Source: a virus
Length of the DNA: 64,000 bases
IMG/VR virus record: IMGVR_UViG_3300032323_003899
Span: 6,818 to 70,817 of that record
Reading direction: 5' to 3' (one strand)
A program made the position numbers and the translations under genes. This document shows, piece by piece, positions 1 through 9,605 of the stretch. Numbering within the stretch: position 1 is the stretch's first letter; the number at the start of each line of letters is the position of its first letter. Below the pieces are notes generated by a model, which ran no database searches, was not told where the DNA came from, and was given only the letters and a program-made list of their open reading frames with translations.

Positions 1-2
1 AT

Positions 3-473
3 ATTGATAATAGTACTGTTAGATTAAAAAATTGTCTAACAATTCATAATTCAAATACGAGAAGAAATAATATACATCAAAAGGTTAATATGGACTATTT
101 TCATAATGTTTGTAGTGGTAGTGATGTATATTGCAAAAATAATATTAAAAATACTATGAATGAGTATAAAATATTGGTCAACATACACCAAACGGATAAA
201 TTTTGTACTTTGGAAGAATTAAGAGTTTTACCCGCTTTAATGACAGGTATATTAGTTATTAGTGAAGAATCGCCATATAAAGAATATATTCCATATCATG
301 AACAAATCATATGGTCATCTTATGATAAGATTGTTGAGACAATAAATGATGTTTTAGACAATTACGATTTTTTTAGACAAAAATATTTGACTGGTTTGAA
401 CTTAATAATAAAAAATATGAAATTTACTGCTGACAATCAGATGAATTCAATTTTCGAAAAATATATAGTATGA
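3..473 (+). CDS. Glycosyltransferase (GT-B/CgeB-like C-terminal part), 5'-truncated by the window edge
   Basis: Frame is open from base 3 (IDNSTVRLKNCL...) into the listed ORF. Motif YKILVNIHQ..LEELRVLPALMTGILVISEES. Confidence 0.6.
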   Translation: MDNSTVRLKNCLTIHNSNTRRNNIHQKVNMDYFHNVCSGSDVYCKNNIKNTMNEYKILVNIHQTDKFCTLEELRVLPALMTGILVISEESPYKEYIPYHEQIIWSSYDKIVETINDVLDNYDFFRQKYLTGLNLIIKNMKFTADNQMNSIFEKYIV

Positions 474-1069
474 TACATTTCATCACTCCCCTTTATCGAT
501 TTAATAATCTAAAAATAATATATTCAACAATTAAAAATCAAGTCGATGATTTTAATTGGCATTTGATTGAAGGGTCTAATAAAATTGGTGACGATGATAT
601 TGGTTTTTTAGAAGATGACGAAAGAGTTAAATTTTATAAAATTGAAACTTCACAAATTTGGGGGCATGAACAAAGGAACTTTTTTATAACTGATATAAAA
701 TGTGAAGATGAAGATTGGTGTTATTTTTTAGATGATGATAATATTATTACTTGGGATTTAATTTCGGAATATAAACAAGAAAAAAACTCAGAGATTGATT
801 TTATTTTATTTTCTCAAAAATGTGGATTGACTGAAAAAATTAGACTCTATGGGAATAATGAGGATAGATTAAATTTAGGTCTTTGCGATATTGCCTCATT
901 TATGATGAGATATCGAATGATTAAAAAAACATTTATACATAATATCTCTTATAGAAATGCGGATGGTCATTACGCCTTAGATATTAGACGACTTAAAAAT
1001 GAACATAAGTTCAAATATTGTCCTGATAAATTTGTAAGATACAATAGTTTGTCTTTGGACATAGTGTAA
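470..1069 (+). CDS. GT-A glycosyltransferase, GT43/GT2-like
   Basis: IHFITPLYR, GHEQRN, YFLDDDN and CDIASF resemble the GT43 motifs ITPTY.R, QRN, YFADDDN and IDMAGF. Confidence 0.65.
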   Translation: MIHFITPLYRFNNLKIIYSTIKNQVDDFNWHLIEGSNKIGDDDIGFLEDDERVKFYKIETSQIWGHEQRNFFITDIKCEDEDWCYFLDDDNIITWDLISEYKQEKNSEIDFILFSQKCGLTEKIRLYGNNEDRLNLGLCDIASFMMRYRMIKKTFIHNISYRNADGHYALDIRRLKNEHKFKYCPDKFVRYNSLSLDIV

Positions 1070-1085
1070 CTTAAAAAGAATAGAT

Positions 1086-2021
1086 ATGATTAAAATAAAA
1101 TTAGAATGTTGGTGGACAGATACTTTATCATTAAACTCGAGGATGATTAAACAATTTGTACCGAATACAGATTTAACAAATTATTCGTTTGTTACTGAGA
1201 ATCCAGATTACACAATTGTATTTGGTAGAACCGAATGGGGCAAAATTGAGACTTCGAAAGATAAAACTTTTTATATCTCACAAGAACCTTTATGGTCTCC
1301 AAATCAACCGAAAGACGGAATTCACGATTACAGTTCAAAAATATTAATATCTGATAAATTAGAGTATCCAGATAGAGAAGAATACATAGAAACGTTATTA
1401 CCAATGTTTTATGCAGGCCGAGGAGAAAAAGACCACAGAGAAGAATGGGATTGGTCTTCTAAATTAAAAGATAAAGACTATTCAAAAAACAAGTCAGTTT
1501 CAATCATAGTTAGAAAAGACACTTATAGTCATTACAATCATTTACAAAATTTGCAAACCAATAAAATAAATTATGAACAAAGAACAAATTTAGGTATTGA
1601 ATTATCCAAAGATAATAGAATTGATGTTTATGGAACTTACTGGGTGTCTAATGGTGAAAATATCAAAGGGGAAGTGTGGAATAAACATGTTGGTCTCGAT
1701 GATTATAAATTTTCGGTGGCTTGTGAAAACACTATTCAGAAAAATTACATTAGTGAAAAATTTTGGGATGTTATTTTATCGGATACCGTTCCAATTTATT
1801 TAGGATGTTCTAATATTAATGAATTGATACCTGATAATTGTTATATCTCTTTGAATAATATGACTATGGATGAAATGGTTACTAAAGTAAAATCCATAGT
1901 AGATAATGAATCAGAAATCTACGAACAATATTTAGATAACATAAGAAATTTAAAAAAAGAATTTTTCATAAATCCTCAATACAATATTTGGGAAAGAATT
2001 AAATTATTAATTAATGAATAG
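1086..2021 (+). CDS. GT10 alpha-1,3/4-fucosyltransferase-like protein
   Basis: YKFSVACENTIQKNYISEKFWD..SDTVPIYLG is the GT10 signature; QEP motif upstream. Confidence 0.85.
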   Translation: MIKIKLECWWTDTLSLNSRMIKQFVPNTDLTNYSFVTENPDYTIVFGRTEWGKIETSKDKTFYISQEPLWSPNQPKDGIHDYSSKILISDKLEYPDREEYIETLLPMFYAGRGEKDHREEWDWSSKLKDKDYSKNKSVSIIVRKDTYSHYNHLQNLQTNKINYEQRTNLGIELSKDNRIDVYGTYWVSNGENIKGEVWNKHVGLDDYKFSVACENTIQKNYISEKFWDVILSDTVPIYLGCSNINELIPDNCYISLNNMTMDEMVTKVKSIVDNESEIYEQYLDNIRNLKKEFFINPQYNIWERIKLLINE

Positions 2022-2733
2022 TATTTCCTTAAACATGAAATTTTGGGACGATGGTCAACCTAACTCTACTAGAATTAGAAATGTTTCTTTTTCTTGGAAA
2101 GAACTAAAAAAATTGACTGATTACCTTAATAGTAATGGTGTTGTTGCCATTTCATCGTTATATGATTTTTCCCCCACACAAATAATTCCGGATGCAATTC
2201 ACATACCATATCCTTTGGGGGTTTACAAAAAATCTGAAAAAACAAACATAATTTTAAAAGACAAAAAAAATTATGATTTTTTTATGGTTATTGATTGTGA
2301 TGCATTTTTTCATGAACAAGATTACGAAAAACTATTAGAGTTGATAAAGAGTTTAGAAAAAGGGGATGTCTGTACTTTTGATTTATCAAAATTGAATGAC
2401 AACGTTTCTCTTTACATAATCAATGATAATTTTATTATCGAAAATGCGGATTGGTCCTATGCATATTCAGGTGCGAAAGAAAATGGTCCCTTAAAACATC
2501 ATATTGGTGGATTGGGGGGAGTTTATATTACGGATACTAATTTATTACTTTCTTTGGGGGGTTTTGATGAAAAGTATGTTGGGTGGGGTGCTGAGGACGG
2601 AGATATGATGGGTAGAATTTACTATTCAGAAATCCCTCATAAAATTAAACCAACAAATAATTTTGCACCATTTCATTTACCTCATTTTTCGGATTGGGGA
2701 AATGAATTATATTCACAAAGATTCAATAATTGA
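2014..2733 (+). CDS. Glycosyltransferase with GT7/GT2 galactosyltransferase-like C-terminal domain
   Basis: DxD motif (IDCD) and GGFDEKYVGWGAEDGDM. Confidence 0.8.
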   Translation: MNSISLNMKFWDDGQPNSTRIRNVSFSWKELKKLTDYLNSNGVVAISSLYDFSPTQIIPDAIHIPYPLGVYKKSEKTNIILKDKKNYDFFMVIDCDAFFHEQDYEKLLELIKSLEKGDVCTFDLSKLNDNVSLYIINDNFIIENADWSYAYSGAKENGPLKHHIGGLGGVYITDTNLLLSLGGFDEKYVGWGAEDGDMMGRIYYSEIPHKIKPTNNFAPFHLPHFSDWGNELYSQRFNN

Positions 2734-2736
2734 AAT

Positions 2737-3624
2737 ATGAAAGTTAAATTTATAACCGCAATTTATAGCGATTTACACGGAACATCTTTCGGTGGAAGAC
2801 CAAGCAGAGGTGGTCATTATAAATACAGTTTATTGTCTCTATTGAAGATAACTGACGCTGACTTTTTATGTTATACATCGGAAAGGGAAATTGAAGATTT
2901 AAAAAATTTTTTTTACGAGCAGAACAATATTTCCACAGAAAAACTATCTTTCAAGTCATTTGATTTATCAAATACAAAATTTAAAGATTTGATTAATGAA
3001 ATAAAACAAGATGACATTGAAAATGTTAAAAGGTCTGATAGATGTGTTGAGATACAATACAGTAAATTTCATTGGTGGTGGGAAGAAGATAAATCTTACG
3101 ATTATTATTATTGGATTGATGCTGGTTTGTCTCATTGTGGATTGGTTCCTGATGAATATTTAATAAGTAATCATTCTTACGGAAGGTATTTTGAAAGTAG
3201 TTTATTTAATAACTTTTTTCTGAAGAATTTAATAGAAGATACCAAAGATAAATTTTTATTGGTTGGTAAGGAAAATAATAGAAACTATTGGTCGGGAACA
3301 GTTGATTCAAGATGGTACAAAGAATACGATACGAGTATTCATATTGTAGGCGGATTGTTTGGTGGGCATAAAGATAACTGGAATAATGTTGTTAGTATTT
3401 TCGAAGATTATTTAGAAAAAATATTAAAAGAGGATAAAAAATTATATCATGAAGAAGTAATTTTGAGTCTAATGAATGTAAACCATAAAGAGTTATTTGT
3501 GAGAAAAGATTTTGATATATGGTGGCATAAATCGAATGCCCCTCAAGGGGTTGCAGATGACCTTTTCGAAAAAAATAAAAGTTTTTATAAAATTTTAGAA
3601 GATTTGAATCGAATTTATGAATAA
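2737..3624 (+). CDS. HtrL/YibB(WlaTC)-like glycosyltransferase
   Basis: FITAIY, YSKF, YYWIDAG, IVGGLFGG and HEEVI motifs; paralogous to the next gene. Confidence 0.65.
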   Translation: MKVKFITAIYSDLHGTSFGGRPSRGGHYKYSLLSLLKITDADFLCYTSEREIEDLKNFFYEQNNISTEKLSFKSFDLSNTKFKDLINEIKQDDIENVKRSDRCVEIQYSKFHWWWEEDKSYDYYYWIDAGLSHCGLVPDEYLISNHSYGRYFESSLFNNFFLKNLIEDTKDKFLLVGKENNRNYWSGTVDSRWYKEYDTSIHIVGGLFGGHKDNWNNVVSIFEDYLEKILKEDKKLYHEEVILSLMNVNHKELFVRKDFDIWWHKSNAPQGVADDLFEKNKSFYKILEDLNRIYE

Positions 3625-5290
3625 TATAACTTTAGTAACGGGTCTTTGGGATATCGGTAGAGGTAATTTGAATGAAGGTTGGTCTAGGTCTTATGAGCAT
3701 TATATAAATAATTTCAAAAAATTGTTAGATTTTGATGTTAATTTAATTGTTTTTGGTGATGAAGAACTTCGTAAAATTGTTCAAGACCACCGTAAAGATG
3801 AAAACACACAGTTTATCTTGAGACCATTATCTTGGTTCAAGACATCTGAGTTTTTTGAAAAAATTCAATCAATTAGAAATGACGAAAAATGGAAAAATAT
3901 TTCTGGTTGGTTACCTGAATCGACTCAATCGAGGTTAGAACTTTATAACCCATTAGTCATGTCCAAAGTATTTTTACTACATGATGCAAAAATCATGGAT
4001 AAGTTCAATTCGGATTATATGTTCTGGATTGATGGTGGCATAACAAACACAGTTCATCCAGGATACTTTACCCATGATAAAGTTTTAGATTTATTAGCAA
4101 AATATATCTCGAAGTTTAGTTTTATTTGTTTTCCATATAGTGCGGAAAAAGAAATTCATGGTTTCGAATACACTAAATTAAATTCGATTGCTGGCGGTGA
4201 AGTTAATAAAGTTGCGAGAGGAGGATTTTTTGGAGGCCCCAAAAAAACTATTAGTGACATCAACTCAATTTATTATGGATTGTTAAAATCCACTTTGGAT
4301 GAAGGATATATGGGTACTGAAGAGTCCATATTTACTATAATGTGTTATAAACACTCAGATTTGATAAATTACTTCGAAATCGAATCTAACGGATTGATTA
4401 GTAAATTTTTTGAAGACTTAAAAAATGATAGTTTGGTTGTCAAATCAGAATCTAATATTTCACACGTTGATGTCTTGGATGTTAATAAAGTTGGTCTTTA
4501 TGTCATAACATTCAACAGTCCTAAACAGTTCTCTACTTTGTTAAAATCTTTCGAATTATATGATAAAGATTTTATTGTAAAACCAAAAAAATATCTATTA
4601 AATAATTCTAGTGATGAATCAACTTTTGATGAATATGAAAAATTATGTAAAGAATTTGGTTTTGAACACATTAAAAAAGATAATTTAGGTATTTGTGGAG
4701 GAAGACAATTCATTTCAGAACATTTTGAAGAAAGTGAACTTGATTTTATGTTTTTTTTCGAAGATGATATGTTTTTTTATAACGGAAAGGATACAACTTG
4801 TAGAAACGGATTCAATCGATATGTAAAAAATTTGTATTCAAGTTCGTTACAAATTTGTAAAATGGAAAACTTTGACTTTCTGAAACTAAACTATACTGAA
4901 TTCTTTGGTGACAATGGGACACAATGGTCTTGGTATAACGTACCACAAAACATAAGAGAAAAATATTGGCCATTAAAAAATAAATTACCTCAAATAGGAT
5001 TAGACCCAAATGCGCCGAAAGCCGAGTATAAAAATGTTCTTTCCCACCAAGGAATACCTTACACAAAGGGAGATGTTTACTACTGTAATTGGCCTCAAGT
5101 TGTGAGTAAATCAGGTAATAAAAAAATGTTTTTAGATACAACTTGGGCACATCCTTTTGAACAAACTTGGATGAGTCATATGTATCAGTTAACTAAAAAG
5201 GGTGAACTTAATCCAGGATTACTCCTTATTACACCGACTGAACACGATAGGTTTGAACATTACGATAGAAATTTGCGTAAAGAATCCTAA
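3617..5290 (+). CDS. HtrL/YibB-like domain fused to a GT-A domain
   Basis: N-terminal ITLVTGLWDIGR, FWIDGG, RGGFFGG, GTEESI; C-terminal YVITFN, NLGICGGRQ, FFEDDM. Confidence 0.7.
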   Translation: MNNITLVTGLWDIGRGNLNEGWSRSYEHYINNFKKLLDFDVNLIVFGDEELRKIVQDHRKDENTQFILRPLSWFKTSEFFEKIQSIRNDEKWKNISGWLPESTQSRLELYNPLVMSKVFLLHDAKIMDKFNSDYMFWIDGGITNTVHPGYFTHDKVLDLLAKYISKFSFICFPYSAEKEIHGFEYTKLNSIAGGEVNKVARGGFFGGPKKTISDINSIYYGLLKSTLDEGYMGTEESIFTIMCYKHSDLINYFEIESNGLISKFFEDLKNDSLVVKSESNISHVDVLDVNKVGLYVITFNSPKQFSTLLKSFELYDKDFIVKPKKYLLNNSSDESTFDEYEKLCKEFGFEHIKKDNLGICGGRQFISEHFEESELDFMFFFEDDMFFYNGKDTTCRNGFNRYVKNLYSSSLQICKMENFDFLKLNYTEFFGDNGTQWSWYNVPQNIREKYWPLKNKLPQIGLDPNAPKAEYKNVLSHQGIPYTKGDVYYCNWPQVVSKSGNKKMFLDTTWAHPFEQTWMSHMYQLTKKGELNPGLLLITPTEHDRFEHYDRNLRKES

Positions 5291-5306
5291 CAATATATTT
5301 ATTGTT

Positions 5307-5684
5307 ATGGAATTTTTTATCAAAAAAAATGCAACCCTACCTGTTCTTAAAATGCAAGTTGTTAAGGACGGTAGGAGTGGGTATCTTGAAATAATGGAAA
5401 GCTTGGAGGTATCTACAATTTATTTCTCAATGGTTAACACCTCTACAGGTATTGCAAAAATTGTATCTGCACCTTGTAGTATAGTACCTTTAACTTTACC
5501 TGCGGGAGCGACACCTGAGTATTATATCTATTATCAGTTCAGTGCGAGAGATACAAATCAGGTTGGAAGATATCAGTGTCAATTTTTGTTAAAGAATGAT
5601 GAAGGAAATTTAATGTTACCTCTCAGGGAAGAGCTCTACATTAATGTTCAGGACAGTTTTATTTCAACCGAACCTTGTTGTTAA
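5307..5684 (+). CDS. BppU-N-like small virion protein
   Basis: MEFFIKKNATLPVLKMQV...YYQFSARDTNQVGRYQCQF pattern. ATG at 5307 follows TATTTAT and avoids a long overlap with the upstream gene. Confidence 0.55.
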   Translation: MEFFIKKNATLPVLKMQVVKDGRSGYLEIMESLEVSTIYFSMVNTSTGIAKIVSAPCSIVPLTLPAGATPEYYIYYQFSARDTNQVGRYQCQFLLKNDEGNLMLPLREELYINVQDSFISTEPCC

Positions 5685-5717
5685 TTTACTTTTTATGATG
5701 TCCTATTAGTTTTTTTC

Positions 5718-6380
5718 ATGATTCAAGATTTTTTGGGGGTTGATATAACCTACCCTAATAATATTACAACGGAACAAGAACTATTTTTTTTGTACGGATT
5801 AATTTCTTCAATGAATCCAAAAACCATTGTCGAGTTAGGGGGCGGTTCCTCTGGCATATTTTCTCAACTTTTTATAAGGGCTCAAAAAAATAATCTTGAA
5901 GCTAAGTTATTTTCGGTAGATATTTTGGAAATGAAAAAAAAATCAGATAATCATTTTCCAATAAAGAAGAATGTAGATGATGTAACATTGGGTGATTTAC
6001 ATAATCGAAAAATAGATATTCTTATTTTTGATTGTCATGTAGTAATACCCCAACTGAATTTCTATAACAAAATGCTCGAAAATAAATTGATAGACGACAA
6101 CACAGTTCTTATTTTACACGATACAAATCTATATTATGAACCATATTGTACGTTCTTTAAACAAAATGGTGGTACTTATGGTTTGGACTATAAAGATGCG
6201 TATGCCCCCCAATGGGTTGAAAGAAATTTAACCAACTATTTTAAGTTGAAGGGGTATGATGTTTTCAACTTACATACGAAAGCAGAAAATCACAATGATA
6301 ATTATCCCTTTTTGAATGGGTTTTCTGTATGTCAAAAATTTTCCCCTTTACCCCCGTTCTATGTAGATTACCCCGAATAA
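5718..6380 (+). CDS. Class I SAM-dependent methyltransferase (Methyltransf_24-like)
   Basis: IVELGGGSSG motif I, LFSVD, IDILIFDCH, LILHDT. Confidence 0.8.
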   Translation: MIQDFLGVDITYPNNITTEQELFFLYGLISSMNPKTIVELGGGSSGIFSQLFIRAQKNNLEAKLFSVDILEMKKKSDNHFPIKKNVDDVTLGDLHNRKIDILIFDCHVVIPQLNFYNKMLENKLIDDNTVLILHDTNLYYEPYCTFFKQNGGTYGLDYKDAYAPQWVERNLTNYFKLKGYDVFNLHTKAENHNDNYPFLNGFSVCQKFSPLPPFYVDYPE

Positions 6381-6452
6381 TTTTTTTATATTTACAAAGA
6401 AGACAAATTTCACTTAAAAGTGGAAGCTAATATGTCACTTAAAATATAAATT

Positions 6453-9227
6453 ATGATATCTAACGAAGTTATTGAGTCGTTCCTACATGGAAATGACCCC
6501 GAAGAATTCATCGTTGCAATAGAATTCGATTATGTTTCTAACTCCATTTACAAAATAAAAGAAATACCTGGTAAGGGTAAAGAAATTAGAAAAGATACCT
6601 TTATCCCGTTTGCTTGGGTCGGTGACCTCAGAGGTTTAAAGTTCTATAATGATTCCAAAATGGCACAAAAAGAGGCCATGACAAAATATGGAATTATGAT
6701 TGAAAAATTAGAAACCCAAGATAATGAAAGACTCAAAAATGGTTTAACTTTTATGGTTAAGTCTTTGAAAGGGTATAGAGAGTTAGTCCAATTCTTTAGA
6801 GATGGTGGTGTTGACCCATGGGGTGAAAAAACAAAAGACAAGTTGTTGATTTTACCACCTGTAGAGCAATATTTGATTTCCAAAGAAAAAAGACTTTTCA
6901 AAGGGTTTGAAGATTATGAACAAGTTACCCGATTAGTATTTGACTTGGAAACTGATGCTTTGGACCCTAAGGACGGTAGGATATTCATGATTGGAATTAA
7001 AACTAATAAAGGATATCATAAGGTAATTGAGTGTTTGGACGAGTCTCAAGAGAAGGGGGCCATAATAGAATTCTTTAATATTATTAATGAAATAAAACCA
7101 AGTATCATTGGTGGTTATAACTCAGCAAACTTCGATTGGCATTGGATTTTTGAGAGGTGTAGAATCCTCGGAATTAATGCTAAAAATGTTTGTAAGTCTT
7201 TGCATCCTGAACATTCGTATACGAGAAAGGATAATATGTTGAAATTGGCAAATGAAGTAGAAACTTATACTCAAACTTCAATATGGGGATACAACGTTAT
7301 TGATATTATCCATGCGGTTCGTAGAGCACAAGCAATTAATTCAAGTATTAAATCCGCAGGTCTTAAATATATAACAACGTTTATTAATGCCGAAGCTCCT
7401 GACCGTGTATATATTGACCATACAAACATTGGTAAAATGTACCATGAGAAAGAAGAATATTGGTTGAATGTTCAAAACGGAAAATATAAAAAGGCTGCCG
7501 ATTACAAGGATTTAGATATTAAATTTCCTGGCGTTTATATCAAAACAACAGGTGATGATATTGTCGAAAGATATCTTGACGATGACTTGGAAGAAACTTT
7601 ATCGGTTGATAAAGAGTTTAACCAAGGTTCTTTTTTACTTGCTGCAATGATTCCAACAACTTACGAAAGAGTCTCAACGATGGGAACTGCAACTTTGTGG
7701 AAAATGTTGATGTTGGCTTGGTCATATAAAAACAATTTAGCAATACCTGCAAAACAAGGTAAAACAGACTTCGTAGGAGGTCTTTCCCGACTACTTAAGG
7801 TTGGATACAGTAAGAATGTTCTCAAGTTGGACTTCTCGTCTCTATACCCCTCAATTCAGCTTGTACACGATGTTTTTCCTGACTGTGATGTGACGGGTGC
7901 AATGAAAGGAATGTTAAAGTATTTCAGAGACACTCGTATCAAGTACAAACAACTGGCAGAGGAGTTTTACGAGACAGACAAGAAAAAGTCTGAATCGTAT
8001 TCCAATAAACAATTACCAATCAAAATATTCATCAACTCCATGTTCGGTGCGTTGTCGGCACCACAGGTATTTGCTTGGGGTGACATGTATATGGGAGAAC
8101 AAATTACTTGTACGGGTAGACAATATCTTCGACAGATGATTAAGTTTTTCATGACGAAGGGGTATGTTCCACTTGTGATGGATACGGATGGTGTGAACTT
8201 TTCAAGTCCTGATGATGCAAATGAAAGAGAATATGTTGGTCGTGGATTGAATTGGAAAGTTAAGAAGGGAAAAGTCTACAAGGGTCCTGAGGCGGACGTT
8301 GCAGAATATAATGATATATTCATGAGAGGTGAAATGGCATTAGACACTGATGGTGTTTGGCCGTCTTGTATCAATCTAGCTCGAAAGAATTATGCTGTAA
8401 TGGATGGTAAAGGAAAAATAAAGTTGACGGGTAATAGCATCAAATCAAAGAAACTTCCTCTCTATATCGAAGAGTTTTTGGATAAAGGAATTAAGATGTT
8501 GTTACATGGTGAGGGTAAAGAATTTATAGAATATTATTATGAATATCTGACTAAGATATATGAGAAAAAAATCCCTTTGTCTAAAATTGCTCAAAGAGCT
8601 AAGGTAAAACTTACTGTTGATGATTACGTCAAAAGGTTAACGACAAAGACTAAGGCAGGAAACTCAATGTCAAGGATGGCTCACATGGAGTTGGCAATTC
8701 AGAATAATCTTACCGTAAACTTAGGTGACGTTATTATGTATGTTAATAACGGAACTAAGGCTTCTCAAGGTGATGTACAGAAAATGACAGCAAAACAAAT
8801 TAAAGATACCAATGCAATTAACTTACACAATAACCCAAAATCGAAACCTATAACAGAGGGTGTGATGGTCAATTGTTATATGTTGGATAAAGATATATTG
8901 GATAAAGACCCTGAATTGACTGGAGATTATAACGTACCGAGAGCAATTACTACTTTCAATAAAAGAATCGAACCTCTGTTGGTCGTTTTCAAAGATGAAG
9001 TTAGAAATGGATTGATTGTTTCTGAACCACATGAAAGAGGTATCTTTACAACCTCACAATGTGAACTTATCAACGGTCACCCATTAGGTGAAGGGGACCA
9101 AGATGATTTACAAAAAGATGTGTTAGATGTTACTGAACAGGAGTTGAATTATTGGGAAAGACGTGGTCTCAAACCTGATTACATGTACGAACTTGCTGAA
9201 AAAGGGTGGGAGTCCATACTAACTTAA
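6453..9227 (+). CDS. polB: Family B DNA polymerase with 3'-5' exonuclease
   Basis: Exo motifs FDLET, YNSANFD, YLDDD; polymerase motifs DFSSLYPSI, KIFINSMFG, DTDG, RKNYA. Confidence 0.95.
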   Translation: MISNEVIESFLHGNDPEEFIVAIEFDYVSNSIYKIKEIPGKGKEIRKDTFIPFAWVGDLRGLKFYNDSKMAQKEAMTKYGIMIEKLETQDNERLKNGLTFMVKSLKGYRELVQFFRDGGVDPWGEKTKDKLLILPPVEQYLISKEKRLFKGFEDYEQVTRLVFDLETDALDPKDGRIFMIGIKTNKGYHKVIECLDESQEKGAIIEFFNIINEIKPSIIGGYNSANFDWHWIFERCRILGINAKNVCKSLHPEHSYTRKDNMLKLANEVETYTQTSIWGYNVIDIIHAVRRAQAINSSIKSAGLKYITTFINAEAPDRVYIDHTNIGKMYHEKEEYWLNVQNGKYKKAADYKDLDIKFPGVYIKTTGDDIVERYLDDDLEETLSVDKEFNQGSFLLAAMIPTTYERVSTMGTATLWKMLMLAWSYKNNLAIPAKQGKTDFVGGLSRLLKVGYSKNVLKLDFSSLYPSIQLVHDVFPDCDVTGAMKGMLKYFRDTRIKYKQLAEEFYETDKKKSESYSNKQLPIKIFINSMFGALSAPQVFAWGDMYMGEQITCTGRQYLRQMIKFFMTKGYVPLVMDTDGVNFSSPDDANEREYVGRGLNWKVKKGKVYKGPEADVAEYNDIFMRGEMALDTDGVWPSCINLARKNYAVMDGKGKIKLTGNSIKSKKLPLYIEEFLDKGIKMLLHGEGKEFIEYYYEYLTKIYEKKIPLSKIAQRAKVKLTVDDYVKRLTTKTKAGNSMSRMAHMELAIQNNLTVNLGDVIMYVNNGTKASQGDVQKMTAKQIKDTNAINLHNNPKSKPITEGVMVNCYMLDKDILDKDPELTGDYNVPRAITTFNKRIEPLLVVFKDEVRNGLIVSEPHERGIFTTSQCELINGHPLGEGDQDDLQKDVLDVTEQELNYWERRGLKPDYMYELAEKGWESILT

Positions 9228-9230
9228 ATT

Positions 9231-9261
9231 AAAAAGGAATATGTTTTTCATATTCCTTTTT
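9231..9261. terminator. Bidirectional intrinsic terminator between convergent genes
   Basis: AAAAAGGAATATG-ttttt-CATATTCCTTTTT, a perfect 13-bp inverted repeat. Confidence 0.85.
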
Positions 9262-9263
9262 CT

Positions 9264-9599
9264 TTATGATTGTTTTAAACCGTCTGAGGATAAAATATAC
9301 CATGAATTACCACAAAATCTAAATTCAACACACGCACCTCTACCCATTTCTATTTCATCAAATTCTTCATCAATTTTATTGACATCTGGTTTTATGATAA
9401 TGTTCGTTAGTGCTTTTACCACCGTGTGGTCAGTTGTACGAGAATTTAAAGTTATCGTAGAAAATGGTATTGCTTTAACAATAATACAATCTTCTCCTTG
9501 TGTTGAATAATCACTTTCTGAAACAATTGAAACTTCTGAAGTTTTTAATAACTTACCATGGATAAGTTTCTGTGAGGGAATACTTTTAATAATAGCCAT
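9264..9599 (-). CDS. Hypothetical beta-rich protein (tail-fibre-like small domain)
   Basis: 111-aa ORF downstream of the neck gene; TITL..VVK..ID..VEF..WYIL pattern. Confidence 0.55.
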   Translation of the reverse strand: MAIIKSIPSQKLIHGKLLKTSEVSIVSESDYSTQGEDCIIVKAIPFSTITLNSRTTDHTVVKALTNIIIKPDVNKIDEEFDEIEMGRGACVEFRFCGNSWYILSSDGLKQS

Positions 9600-9605
9600 A
9601 CTAAA

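Noticed and set aside
5202-5306. N-terminal extension of the 5202-5684 ORF
   Set aside because: It overlaps the upstream GT gene by about 90 nt. ATG 5307 after TATTTAT is more plausible. Listed starts 13991 and 37599 were likewise moved to 14009 and 37623.
6401-6436. c-di-GMP-I riboswitch resemblance (GACAAA...stem...GCTAA)
   Set aside because: Lacks the GNRA tetraloop/receptor and the second stem; kept only as a possible operator hairpin.
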